From: Clostridia bacterium
Lineage (GTDB): Bacteria > Bacillota > Clostridia > Oscillospirales > CAG-272
Length of the DNA: 64,000 nt
Assembly: GCA_017504605.1 (NCBI GenBank)
Contig: JAFVQW010000030.1
Span: 26,956 to 90,955 of the forward strand
Reading direction: 5' to 3'
The position numbers and the translations under genes were made by a program. Below, in pieces: positions 17,283 to 26,397 of the stretch (position 1 is the stretch's first letter; each line of letters begins with the position of its first letter). The notes below the pieces were generated by a model. The model saw nothing but the letters and a program-made list of their open reading frames with translations. It made no database searches and had not been told where the DNA came from.

Positions 17283-17350
17283 ATATAAAAATCTCCTTGA
17301 CTTACAGATTTGTACTGTTAGTATCTGCAAATAGGGGAGATTTATACTGT
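17185..17350. repeat. Direct repeat copy B (spoVT-like codons 1-33, leader and promoter)
   Basis: Aligns by hand with 15288-15452, 1897 bp away in the same orientation. Confidence 0.85.
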
Positions 17351-17511
17351 AGCAGTTGAGTTTTCGCTATATCTATCGTATAATAAACTTGGTAGGTGAT
17401 GAAAATGAACAAAAGAATAGTGTTTCGCAACGAAAAAAATGAGGTCTTTCACTGTATTCTCTCGGGCGAAAAAGATTTTGACGAGCAGCTTAATTATTTC
17501 CAAAATACAAT

Positions 17512-17541
17512 ACAAAAAGGGACAGAATTCTGTCCCTTTTT
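17512..17541. terminator. Bidirectional intrinsic terminator downstream of the phosphatase gene
   Basis: GGGACAGAATTCTGTCCC palindrome flanked by ACAAAAA and TTTTT. Confidence 0.75.
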
Positions 17542-17546
17542 CATCT

Positions 17547-18230
17547 TTATATCGTTTTAAAGCTATTCCAAATGCCCTCGGTTACCTTGAATATTCTTTC
17601 ATATTCGGTGCCGAGGTGGCGTATGGCCATATTAAGCTCGCGGTAGGCGCGCTTGTTCGAGCCGTGAATGTCACTGCCGAGCGCAACCACCTGCCCGCGC
17701 CTTATCCAATCATAGACTGCGCGGTTCTTAACGAGTGTGCATAGAGCTGAGGCGTTAATCTGAAGCTTAACCCCCTCGCTTAAAAAGCGCTCAACCGAGG
17801 CGGCAGAATATCTGTCAGCGTGTGCCAAAATCAGATTGTAGCCCTGCTCCTTTAACACGGCGACGGTACTTATGTATTCCTCGGAAAAATCGTTCGGGGG
17901 CGGCTCTATAAGGAGCGTGTTCGAGTTGCCTATCGTAAGCTCATCGAGGCGCGAGAAGCGCTCAAGGCCGATGCAAAGCATAACCTCAGAGCCGACCGCA
18001 ATTTTTGGCGAGCTCTCATTGAGATGCTCGGCAATACGAGAGACGGCAAGCGCTCTGCGCTGTAAAAAAACTTCAATATCGTGCTTGTGCGGATAAAAGT
18101 GCGGGGTAGCCACAATTCTGTCTATTCCGTGTTTTTTTGCGATATCGAGCTGGACGAGCGAAGTGTTAACAGAATGGGAACCGTGGTCAGCCCCCGGGAG
18201 TATATGTGCGTGAAAATCAATCACACCCAT
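17547..18230 (-). CDS. PHP-family protein-tyrosine phosphatase (CpsB/YwqE-like)
   Basis: IDFHAHILPGADHGS N-terminal PHP motif, 227 aa. Directly downstream of the BY-kinase gene. Confidence 0.85.
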   Translation of the reverse strand: MGVIDFHAHILPGADHGSHSVNTSLVQLDIAKKHGIDRIVATPHFYPHKHDIEVFLQRRALAVSRIAEHLNESSPKIAVGSEVMLCIGLERFSRLDELTIGNSNTLLIEPPPNDFSEEYISTVAVLKEQGYNLILAHADRYSAASVERFLSEGVKLQINASALCTLVKNRAVYDWIRRGQVVALGSDIHGSNKRAYRELNMAIRHLGTEYERIFKVTEGIWNSFKTI

Positions 18231-18241
18231 AAAGAAAGCTC

Positions 18242-19042
18242 TTACTCTACAGTATCGGCAGCGGTGTTATCTGCATGTGCCGTCACGTTACCGCGCGACT
18301 TCGGCTTATCATAGTAATACGCCGAATACTTGCCGTACCTTCCATATTTCTTTTTTGTCTTGTTCATGTTGACCGACGAGAGAACGAAGCCAAATACATT
18401 AGCGTTTACTCTCGACAGGCTGTCCAGCATATCGCTGACCGAGCTGACGTCCGAATAATCAGCTCTCGCGACGAGAAGGTATCCGTTGATGTAATCATTG
18501 AGAAGCACACCGTCAGATACAAGGTTAACAGGCGGGGTATCGAAAAGAATGTAATCGAAGCGCTCCCTACAGTACTCAATCAGTGTCTGCATTCTCGTCG
18601 AGGAGATAAGTCCGAGTGCGTTGGAATTCTTTGCACCCGAGGAGAGCAGCTTAAGATTGGGATAGTTCGTATCGAGATAGTTAGGTGTCTCGTCGATGCC
18701 CGCAAGATACTCACTAAGTCCGTGAGTGCCCGAGCGGCGCATATTCATTATTCTCGTAACTCTCGGGTTACGCATATCGGCATCGATTACGAGAACTCTC
18801 GCCTCGGGCGCGTTCTTCGCAATAGTAAGCGCAAGGTTGACGGTAACGTAGGTCTTTCCCTCACCCGAGAAGGCGCTCGTGATAGCAATCTTCTTGCACT
18901 TATCCTCAATGGGAAGGTAAAGAACGTTAGTATAAAGAGTACGGAAGGACTCGCGTATCGCAAAGGGGGTGTCCTCGTTGATAATACGGCGGAAGTCCTC
19001 GAGGTCGGAGCTGTGAGACGTCCTTTTATTGAAAAACAGCAT
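18242..19042 (-). CDS. Bacterial tyrosine kinase, cytoplasmic catalytic subunit (CpsD/YwqD-like)
   Basis: Walker A SGEGKT, Walker A' VIDADMRNP, Walker B ILFDTPP. C-terminal Tyr cluster YGRYGKYSAYYYD. Confidence 0.9.
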   Translation of the reverse strand: MLFFNKRTSHSSDLEDFRRIINEDTPFAIRESFRTLYTNVLYLPIEDKCKKIAITSAFSGEGKTYVTVNLALTIAKNAPEARVLVIDADMRNPRVTRIMNMRRSGTHGLSEYLAGIDETPNYLDTNYPNLKLLSSGAKNSNALGLISSTRMQTLIEYCRERFDYILFDTPPVNLVSDGVLLNDYINGYLLVARADYSDVSSVSDMLDSLSRVNANVFGFVLSSVNMNKTKKKYGRYGKYSAYYYDKPKSRGNVTAHADNTAADTVE

Positions 19043-19776
19043 CAGATCTGCACCTCCTCGTCAATCTCGAACCTCGGAATAACTCCGAGAACGGGAATGT
19101 CAAAGTTATCGTCAAGCTTCTTCCTGTCGCGGATAACCACGTCAAACATAGAAGCTATGAAGAGCACAATCATAGTAAGCACTGCACCGCCGACAACACC
19201 GATAAGAGTGTTTCTGACGATGTTCTTGCTATTGGCAACGGTATTGAGAGCGGGCTCGTCAATCGTCTTGGTGCTTACGTCGCTATAGGTAAGCATACTC
19301 GAAAGTCCCTTCTCCGCGTCGGTAATCTGATCCTCAAGCACGTATGCGATAGCATACGAGAGTCGGGGGTCCCCTGACGTCACGTTAAGCCTGAACAGCT
19401 CGGTCTCGCCAAGCTTCTCGACGGTAATCATAGAGCTGAGCACAGAGGGGGTCATTCCCTTGGCGTAAGAGGAATAATCCTCGTTTGCCTCAAGCTTCTC
19501 AATAACCATTCCAAGAAAGGTATCAGACATTATAACTATCTCGTAGGGCTCGACCATATCTGCGGCAAGATAACGGTCGGAGGTAGTAACAGAGCCTCCG
19601 GTATTCTTCGTTACCATAATCATAGAGGTCGAGGTATAGGTATCCTTCTTAATAAATGCGGAGTATACGCCGAGCACCGCGCCGAGCAGGACGGCGACAA
19701 GTGCAATAAGCCAGATTTTAGGAATGAAGATTTGCATCAAATCCTTAAAGCTGAATTCGTCGTTTTTCTTCTTCAT
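19042..19776 (-). CDS. Wzz/CpsC/YwqC-like transmembrane kinase modulator
   Basis: Two TM segments flank an extracytoplasmic domain. C-terminal tail IPVLGVIP. Its stop overlaps the kinase start. Confidence 0.8.
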   Translation of the reverse strand: MKKKNDEFSFKDLMQIFIPKIWLIALVAVLLGAVLGVYSAFIKKDTYTSTSMIMVTKNTGGSVTTSDRYLAADMVEPYEIVIMSDTFLGMVIEKLEANEDYSSYAKGMTPSVLSSMITVEKLGETELFRLNVTSGDPRLSYAIAYVLEDQITDAEKGLSSMLTYSDVSTKTIDEPALNTVANSKNIVRNTLIGVVGGAVLTMIVLFIASMFDVVIRDRKKLDDNFDIPVLGVIPRFEIDEEVQI

Positions 19777-19835
19777 AATATATTATACCACCCAAAATGT
19801 AATTAGTTACAAGTTACAAGTCGTTTGCGGGATAA

Positions 19836-21011
19836 TCAGTCGTTGCTATCGGGAAGTCGCGCGTCCTTATTCTGCGCGAGCGCACTGTCTTTTACATCGG
19901 GAGTCCAGCCAAGCTCCTCACAGAAAAGCGCATTGAAAATGCCGCCCGTGTGGGAGAGGTCCATATCGTATACACCGGAGCCTGTGTCGTTACGCACAAC
20001 CTGCGTAGTCGTGTCGTCAAGTGCGGAAAGAAGGTAGTTGGGTCCCTGAACGCCAAACTGAAGATAGTTACGGAGAGTGGCGTCGGTGTTGATAGTGTAA
20101 ATAACCTCCATAGCTCTGTAGTAGCGCTCCATATATGCAGGGTCGGAGCCGTTGATAGGCTTACCGTCGTCGCTCGCATCCTTAATAATAGCGAAGGCAC
20201 TCTTGAACGCCTCTGCCCTCGTAACCTCGGGATACTTTGCAATATTGCAAACGTAGCCCTCGCTCTCGTATGCCGCGATGTCGCTATACTTGCCCGCGGT
20301 AACGTACTTAATAGCATCGGCAGAGGAGAATACTCCGTCGGCATCTATTCTCTCTCGAAGAGCTACGAGCTCCTCGGAGCTGTAATCGGTCCAGGTCTTG
20401 ATTTCGGTAAGGCTGTAGTTATAATACTTTTCAACCACGTCATTCTTTACGAGAAGAAACTCATACTCGCCTATAACGTGATCGTTGGGAACGGTATAAA
20501 TCTTGTCCTCAACATAGGATGCGGTAATAAGATGCTTGGTCGACATAAGAACGTTAAGGCGCGCAAACATCTCGGCATCGTAGAGGCCGTATTTCTTCGA
20601 ATCATAATAGCGAGTGAGGTCGGCAAGAAGATTCTCCTGATAGAGAGTGTCAAACATATCCTCTCCGAGGACGAGAACGATATCCGCTCTGTAGGTCGTC
20701 TCGGTGTCCTCCCCCTTCGCAGCAGCAAGAACCTCTGCCTCGTAATTCTCTGCGGTTATGTAATGTATATTAAGCGTTGTGTTAAACTTAGCGCCGAGGA
20801 ACTGATTTATGCTTGCAGTTACCGTCTTTTTGGCGTTGAGCTGTGTCGCCTCACCCGTAACGATACAGAAATCGAGAACAATCGGGTCGCGCTCCTCATC
20901 GGAGATGTATTTGTCGTACTCACCGTTATATCCGAAGCCGTCCTCCTTGCAGGACACGAGCGTCATGCAAACAAGAACGAGACAAAGTAATAGCGATATT
21001 ATTCTTTTCAT
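19836..21011 (-). CDS. Putative lipoprotein (391 aa, function unknown)
   Basis: Signal peptide with lipobox LVSC. The mature part is hydrophilic. No family securely recognised. Confidence 0.6.
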   Translation of the reverse strand: MKRIISLLLCLVLVCMTLVSCKEDGFGYNGEYDKYISDEERDPIVLDFCIVTGEATQLNAKKTVTASINQFLGAKFNTTLNIHYITAENYEAEVLAAAKGEDTETTYRADIVLVLGEDMFDTLYQENLLADLTRYYDSKKYGLYDAEMFARLNVLMSTKHLITASYVEDKIYTVPNDHVIGEYEFLLVKNDVVEKYYNYSLTEIKTWTDYSSEELVALRERIDADGVFSSADAIKYVTAGKYSDIAAYESEGYVCNIAKYPEVTRAEAFKSAFAIIKDASDDGKPINGSDPAYMERYYRAMEVIYTINTDATLRNYLQFGVQGPNYLLSALDDTTTQVVRNDTGSGVYDMDLSHTGGIFNALFCEELGWTPDVKDSALAQNKDARLPDSND

Positions 21012-21112
21012 TGCGTTTTTAACCCTCCAAAAGGCACTATGACTTACTATAACATTTTACTACAGTTTCCTCAAAAAGTCAAGGAAAATATCTATAAATA
21101 AAATAATAAGTT

Positions 21113-21150
21113 AATGTGCACAGAATTCCAAAAGAAAAACTGTGCACATT
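21113..21150 (-). terminator. Hairpin downstream of rpoD
   Basis: AATGTGCACAG...CTGTGCACATT stem with only a weak T-run. Confidence 0.55.
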
Positions 21151-21162
21151 CACAACCTGTGT

Positions 21163-22227
21163 TTAGTTTGCAAGATAATCCTTGAGAGTCTTCGAGCGAG
21201 AGGGGTGACGAAGCTTGCGCAGTGCCTTAGCCTCTATCTGTCTGATACGCTCGCGCGTGATTTTAAACTGCTTTCCAACCTCCTCGAGAGTTCTCGGTCT
21301 GCCGTCCTCAAGTCCGAAGCGAAGCTTAATAACCTGCTCCTCACGCGGGGTAAGAGTGCGGAGAATATTGCAAAGCTGCTCGCGAAGAAGCGAATAGGAA
21401 GCGCTGTCGGACGGAGTGGGAGAATCGTTATCCTCGACGAAGTCACCAAGATGGCTGTCCTCCTCCTCGCCGATAGGCGTTTCAAGCGAAACCGGGTCCT
21501 GTGCTATCTTCATAATCTCGCGAACCTTGTCCGCGGTCATGCCAAGCCTCTCTGCAATCTCGTCGGTAGTAGGCTCTCGGCCGTATTCCTGGAGAAGCTG
21601 GCGCGCAGTGCGGGAAACCTTATGTATAGTTTCAACCATATGTACGGGAATTCTGATAGTCCTTGCCTGGTCGGCAATTGCTCTCGTTATAGCCTGTCTT
21701 ATCCACCAGGTAGCATAGGTAGAGAACTTGTAGCCCTTGCTGTAATCGAACTTCTCTACCGCCTTGATGAGTCCGAGGTTGCCCTCTTGAATAAGGTCGA
21801 GGAAGTACATTCCCTTTCCGACGTGGCGCTTTGCTATACTTACGACAAGACGGAGGTTTGCCTCTATAAGCTCATCCTTAGCCGCCTTGTTACCGAGAGT
21901 TATCTGCTCTGCTAGATAGGTCTCGCGCTCGGGAGAAAGAAGCGGAATTTTGCCGATTTCCTTTAAATACATACGCACGGGGTCATCGATAGCGAGACCC
22001 TCCTGCGAGAAGTATTTCTCCATATTCTCGGCATTGTCATAGGACTTAACGTCCTGCTCAATGTCCTTGAATTCCTCATTTTCAAGCTCGTCGGGGCTGA
22101 CCGCATCGATATCAACCTGTATATCGTATTCGATATCCTCAAGAGCCTTCATTATATCGGAGCCGCCAATGCCGCTCTCGGATTTGGAATCGATAAACTC
22201 GTTTACGTCAATCTTTTCTCTGCTCAT
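21163..22227 (-). CDS. rpoD: Primary RNA polymerase sigma factor
   Basis: Conserved regions 2-4 ([42 protein letters not shown]). Follows dnaG. Confidence 0.95.
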   Translation of the reverse strand: MSREKIDVNEFIDSKSESGIGGSDIMKALEDIEYDIQVDIDAVSPDELENEEFKDIEQDVKSYDNAENMEKYFSQEGLAIDDPVRMYLKEIGKIPLLSPERETYLAEQITLGNKAAKDELIEANLRLVVSIAKRHVGKGMYFLDLIQEGNLGLIKAVEKFDYSKGYKFSTYATWWIRQAITRAIADQARTIRIPVHMVETIHKVSRTARQLLQEYGREPTTDEIAERLGMTADKVREIMKIAQDPVSLETPIGEEEDSHLGDFVEDNDSPTPSDSASYSLLREQLCNILRTLTPREEQVIKLRFGLEDGRPRTLEEVGKQFKITRERIRQIEAKALRKLRHPSRSKTLKDYLAN

Positions 22228-22242
22228 TTTTACATCCTCACT

Positions 22243-24036
22243 TTATCCGTTTCTTTTCTTTTGGAGTAGTGCGTCGAGAGCCGCTATAGTGTCGGTGCTC
22301 TCCGCCGCCTTCTTCTCCATTGAATTTTTTAGTCTTGCTATACTGTCAAGGAGAACCTCTTTTCCGTTAGCAGTAAGAGCCATACGTCCGACGCGCATAC
22401 GCGCCGCCCTGCCCATCTGCTCATCGCTGAAAACCTCGCTCATTGTAACGAGGTGCTCGTCGCCCGAGGCGTAGGCGCTTTTGAGATAGAGGAAAAGCTG
22501 CTTGCCAAGCTCGGTGAAAAAGTCATCCTCGGTAAGAAGCTCGCCCTCGAAGACGCTTCGCCTGTGCTCGGGAAACTCAAGAAGAAGTCCGAGCACGTTC
22601 TCCTCGTTACGTGCAACCGTCGGGGCCTTGATGAAATCGGGGTTTACCCTGTCGGAATATCCGACACTGTCGCGGCGAACCTGCTGTGCCTCGCCTCGCT
22701 TGTACGCGGCGGCGTTGCGAGCAATAATTCTATCAACGTCTGCGCGAATTGCCGAGGCATCAACGGACAGTCTCTTTGATACTGTTTGAATATAAACGTC
22801 TCGTTCTGCCACGGAATAAACCGCCGAAATTATGTTTTCAAGCTCGTGAAGCGCGTTGATTTTGTCCTGTGGCAGGTTAATATCATACTTGCCGAGAACC
22901 TTCGAAAGATTATATTCGAACTTACTCTTCGCCCCGCTTATCACCTCGCGGAATTTGTTTACGCCGTAGGTTTTTATGTACTCATCGGGGTCCTTAGCCC
23001 CCGGAACCGAGAGAACGCTGACGGTAAGTCCGACCTCCTCGAGCATACGAAGCGCACGCGCAGCGGCACGCTGCCCCGCCTCATCGGAGTCATAGGAAAT
23101 AATAACGCTCTTGGTATATCGGCTCATAAGTCGCGCCTGCTCAGCCGTAATCGCGGTGCCGAGTGTGGCAACGGCGTTCGTGATGCCCGCCGAATGGAGT
23201 GCGATAACGTCCATATAGCCCTCACAGAGAATGAGCGACTCCTCACAGGCGGTCCGAGCAAAATTCAGTGCAAACAAGTTACGCGTTTTCTTAAAAACCG
23301 GGGTATCCGAGGAGTTCTTGTACTTCGGCTTCGAGTCGTCCATAACGCGCCCACCGAAGGCAATAACGTTCCCCGAAACGTCAATTATGGGAAACATAAC
23401 GCGGTTACGGAAGGCGTCGAAATACCGTCCGCTCTCGCTCTTACCGCAAAGAAATCCGGTTACAAGCTCATCGTAGCTATATCCGCGCGAGAGCATGAAT
23501 TTTGAGAATTTATCAAAGCTGTTCGGCGCATATCCGAGGCCGAAGTGCTTGATGGTAGCAACCGAGAGCTTACGCTTCTCGGTAAAATAAGAGAGTGCCT
23601 CGCGAGCCTCGGGGTCGTCCGAGAACAGCTGAGCATGAAAATAGCGCGCCGCCGTGGCGTTCATCTCATATAAGCGCTTCTTATCGACCTTGGGCCGAGA
23701 GGTATACTGCGCCGAATCGTGCTCCTCGACTGTAATTCCCGCCCGCTTCGCCAAAAACTCCACGGCATCGGGATAATCGAGATGCTCCATCTTCATAATA
23801 AAGCTTATCTGATCTCCGCCCGCACTGCAGCCGAAGCAGTAAAAGCTGTTGCTCGAGGGATATACGGTGAAGGACGGTGTCTTCTCACTGTGGAAGGGAC
23901 AAAGGCCCTTAAGATTCGAGCCGGCACGCTTCAATGACACGTAGCTTCCTATAAGCGACTGTATGTCTGTCCTGACGAGTATTTCTTCAATTGTTTCTCT
24001 GCTTATCAAGCCGCAAGCCCTCCTCTCTTTTTTCAT
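22243..24036 (-). CDS. dnaG: DNA primase
   Basis: Zinc ribbon CPFHSEKTPSFTV..YCFGC, TOPRIM EGYMDVI, 597 aa. Confidence 0.95.
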   Translation of the reverse strand: MKKERRACGLISRETIEEILVRTDIQSLIGSYVSLKRAGSNLKGLCPFHSEKTPSFTVYPSSNSFYCFGCSAGGDQISFIMKMEHLDYPDAVEFLAKRAGITVEEHDSAQYTSRPKVDKKRLYEMNATAARYFHAQLFSDDPEAREALSYFTEKRKLSVATIKHFGLGYAPNSFDKFSKFMLSRGYSYDELVTGFLCGKSESGRYFDAFRNRVMFPIIDVSGNVIAFGGRVMDDSKPKYKNSSDTPVFKKTRNLFALNFARTACEESLILCEGYMDVIALHSAGITNAVATLGTAITAEQARLMSRYTKSVIISYDSDEAGQRAAARALRMLEEVGLTVSVLSVPGAKDPDEYIKTYGVNKFREVISGAKSKFEYNLSKVLGKYDINLPQDKINALHELENIISAVYSVAERDVYIQTVSKRLSVDASAIRADVDRIIARNAAAYKRGEAQQVRRDSVGYSDRVNPDFIKAPTVARNEENVLGLLLEFPEHRRSVFEGELLTEDDFFTELGKQLFLYLKSAYASGDEHLVTMSEVFSDEQMGRAARMRVGRMALTANGKEVLLDSIARLKNSMEKKAAESTDTIAALDALLQKKRNG

Positions 24037-24104
24037 CCGTAGATAATATACGAATGATTTTTCAAAAACACTTTTTTTACAACAAATTTCTTAAAGATTT
24101 GAAA

Positions 24105-24722
24105 TTAATATTCAAACTTCTCGCCGATAACGGTAATTTCGGCGCGTCCCGAGGTCAATTCGACAACCCTTTTTTCAAGCTCCGAAAGGAGCGCACTTTT
24201 AACACTGCCGGATACGGCAACCAAATCCGAGTAAAGTGTATCAAGGGTTCTGAAGCCGAGCTCTGTAAGCGGTGCACCGAGCCTCTGATAATCGGAATAG
24301 CTAACCTTTATCTCGAGTGTCGTATAAATATCATAGGTAATAATCTCGGCAGAGCTAAGCGCGCCGAGGGCGGCCGCGGTATACGCGCGGACAAGCCCGC
24401 CCGTACCGAGAAGCGTTCCGCCGAAATATCTCGTCACAACGATTACGGTATCGGTACAGCCGTTCTTACGAATAACGTCAAGCACGGGCATACCCGCGGT
24501 TCCCTGCGGCTCTCGGTCGTCGGAAAAGCGCATAATCGAATTCTCGCGAAGGACGTAGGCGTATACGTGATGACGGGCATCGGGATACTTTTTCTTTATC
24601 CCCTCGATAAAGCGAAGCGCATCAGCCTCACAGCTTACGGGTGCCGCATCGGCGATAAACACCGATTTCTTTTCCTCGTACTCGTAGCTCGCCGCCTGCT
24701 TTATTGTAATATAGCCTTCCAT
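24105..24722 (-). CDS. YigZ/IMPACT-family protein
   Basis: DDREPQGTAGMP and VVTRYFGGTLLGTGGLVRAY motifs. The start is taken at the ATG at 24722, just after the hflX stop. Confidence 0.8.
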   Translation of the reverse strand: MEGYITIKQAASYEYEEKKSVFIADAAPVSCEADALRFIEGIKKKYPDARHHVYAYVLRENSIMRFSDDREPQGTAGMPVLDVIRKNGCTDTVIVVTRYFGGTLLGTGGLVRAYTAAALGALSSAEIITYDIYTTLEIKVSYSDYQRLGAPLTELGFRTLDTLYSDLVAVSGSVKSALLSELEKRVVELTSGRAEITVIGEKFEY

Positions 24723-24726
24723 ATTA

Positions 24727-25989
24727 CTAAGCCTCACAGATATATTTAGAGTAGCGACCAAGTCCACGCTCGTCAAGCACGGCCGTGAGCGTAACGCCCG
24801 TATCGGTATACTCGACGTCGGAGACGGTATAAATGTCGTAAAGCGCGCTGGTAACCGCCTGGTCGGAATAAGGAATGAGCAATCGCACGGTTCTCCGTCT
24901 TGCACGCAGGAGCGCCTCTATCTCGGATAGAAGCTCGTCCACTCCCTCACCCGAGAGAGCGCTCATCGCAACGGTAGCCACAGCCTCCGGCATATATACC
25001 GAAATTGCAGAGGGGGCGAGGTCGGATTTGTTCAGCACGTGAATTACCGGCTTATCCTCGGCGCCAAGCTCGCGGATAACCTCCTCTGTCACTTTAATAT
25101 GCTCGGGCAGCTCGGGGTCGGATGCATCCGATACAATAAGGAGCGCATCGGCATAGCGCACCTCGTCAAGAGTTGAGCGGAAGGCGCGGACAAGATGATG
25201 AGGCAGCTTCCTTACAAAGCCGACGGTGTCGGTCAAAAGAACCGTCTCGCCCGAGGGGAGCTCGAGCTTCCTCGTCGTTGCATCGAGCGTGGCAAAAAGC
25301 TTATTCTCGGCAAGAACACCCGCGCCCGTAAGCGAATTTAAGAGCGTGGATTTGCCGGCGTTAGTATATCCTACGAGGGCAATCTTCATAAGACCGCTCC
25401 TGTCACGCTGAGAGCGCATAACCTCTCGATTGTGCTCAAGCTCACGTAAGCGCTCCTCGAGGGTGGAAATTCTCTCGTGAAGATGCCGTCTGTCCGTCTC
25501 AAGCTTACTCTCACCGGGGCCGCGACTGCCTATACCGCCGCCCTGTCGCGAGAGCTCGTTGCCGTGACCCACAAGACGGGGCGCCGAATATTTAAGCTGA
25601 GCGAGCTCAACCTGAAGCTTTCCCTCCCCGCTCGTCGCGTGGAGCGCAAAAATATCGAGAATCAGCATACTGCGGTCGATAACACGCACGCCGCCTATTC
25701 CGTCCTCGAGATTTCTTATCTGCGCGGGACTGAGCTCAAAATCAAATACTACGAGGTCAATATCGTTATTTTCGCATATCTCGCGAAGCTCGGCAACCTT
25801 ACCGCTGCCAATACAGGTCCTAACGTCGAAGCTCTCTTTAACCTGTATCATCCTGGCAAAGCACACGCCGCCCGCGGTCTCAAGAAGCCGCTCAAGCTCG
25901 TCAAGGCCGCGCTCGCACTCCTCTACGTCGGAGCCGCGCTCGGCAATACTGACAAGAACGGCGTATTTATCTTTTTTCTCGTCTATCAT
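24727..25989 (-). CDS. hflX: GTPase HflX
   Basis: HflX N-domain plus G-domain (VGYTNAGKSTLLN, DTVGF, NKSD). GGAGG RBS precedes the ATG at 25989. Confidence 0.92.
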   Translation of the reverse strand: MIDEKKDKYAVLVSIAERGSDVEECERGLDELERLLETAGGVCFARMIQVKESFDVRTCIGSGKVAELREICENNDIDLVVFDFELSPAQIRNLEDGIGGVRVIDRSMLILDIFALHATSGEGKLQVELAQLKYSAPRLVGHGNELSRQGGGIGSRGPGESKLETDRRHLHERISTLEERLRELEHNREVMRSQRDRSGLMKIALVGYTNAGKSTLLNSLTGAGVLAENKLFATLDATTRKLELPSGETVLLTDTVGFVRKLPHHLVRAFRSTLDEVRYADALLIVSDASDPELPEHIKVTEEVIRELGAEDKPVIHVLNKSDLAPSAISVYMPEAVATVAMSALSGEGVDELLSEIEALLRARRRTVRLLIPYSDQAVTSALYDIYTVSDVEYTDTGVTLTAVLDERGLGRYSKYICEA

Positions 25990-26000
25990 AACGGCCTCCA

Positions 26001-26050
26001 AACAAAAGAAAAAGAGCGAGGATAATCCTTAAAGCTATCCAACGCTCTTT
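26001..26050 (-). terminator. Intrinsic terminator after rpmE
   Basis: Minus strand AGAGCG..GGATA...TATCC.CGCTCT followed by TTTTTCTTTTG. Confidence 0.6.
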
Positions 26051-26063
26051 TCATAAGCAATAA

Positions 26064-26270
26064 TTACTTACCCGATGCTGCAAGACGCTTCTTGAACTTA
26101 TCAACGCGTCCGCCGGCATCTACAAACTTCTGCTTACCTGTATAGAAAGGATGGCACTTGGAACAAATTTCCACGTTGAGATCACCCTTAACGGAGTGAG
26201 TTGCAACGGTTGCGCCGCAAGCACATCTGATGGTAGCTTCCTTGTACTCGGGATGTATTCCAGCTTTCAT
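26064..26270 (-). CDS. rpmE: 50S ribosomal protein L31 (Cys-containing form)
   Basis: MKAGIHPEY...[13 protein letters not shown]. Confidence 0.95.
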   Translation of the reverse strand: MKAGIHPEYKEATIRCACGATVATHSVKGDLNVEICSKCHPFYTGKQKFVDAGGRVDKFKKRLAASGK

Positions 26271-26309
26271 TTTAACACCTCTTAACATAATTCATATTCA
26301 TTGCGATTA

Positions 26310-26338
26310 ATTATAACACATATTTTTGCTTTTTTCAA
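26310..26338 (-). promoter_or_regulatory. sigma-A promoter of rpmE
   Basis: Minus strand TTGAAA, 17-nt spacer, TGtTATAAT (extended -10). Confidence 0.55.
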
Positions 26339-26397
26339 GTCTTTTTGAAAAATTATTTTTTATTTTACCGAAATATCTGTTTCTTGTCGGAAAACTC

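Noticed and set aside
17399-17560. Small plus-strand ORF (about 51-53 aa, MKMNKRIVFRNEKNEVFHCILSGEKDFDEQLNYFQNTIQKGTEFCPFFIFISF) next to repeat copy B.
   Set aside because: The RBS is weak. The ORF reads through the bidirectional terminator hairpin at 17519-17536 and overlaps the end of the phosphatase gene. It may be a gene remnant, but it cannot be supported as a real CDS.
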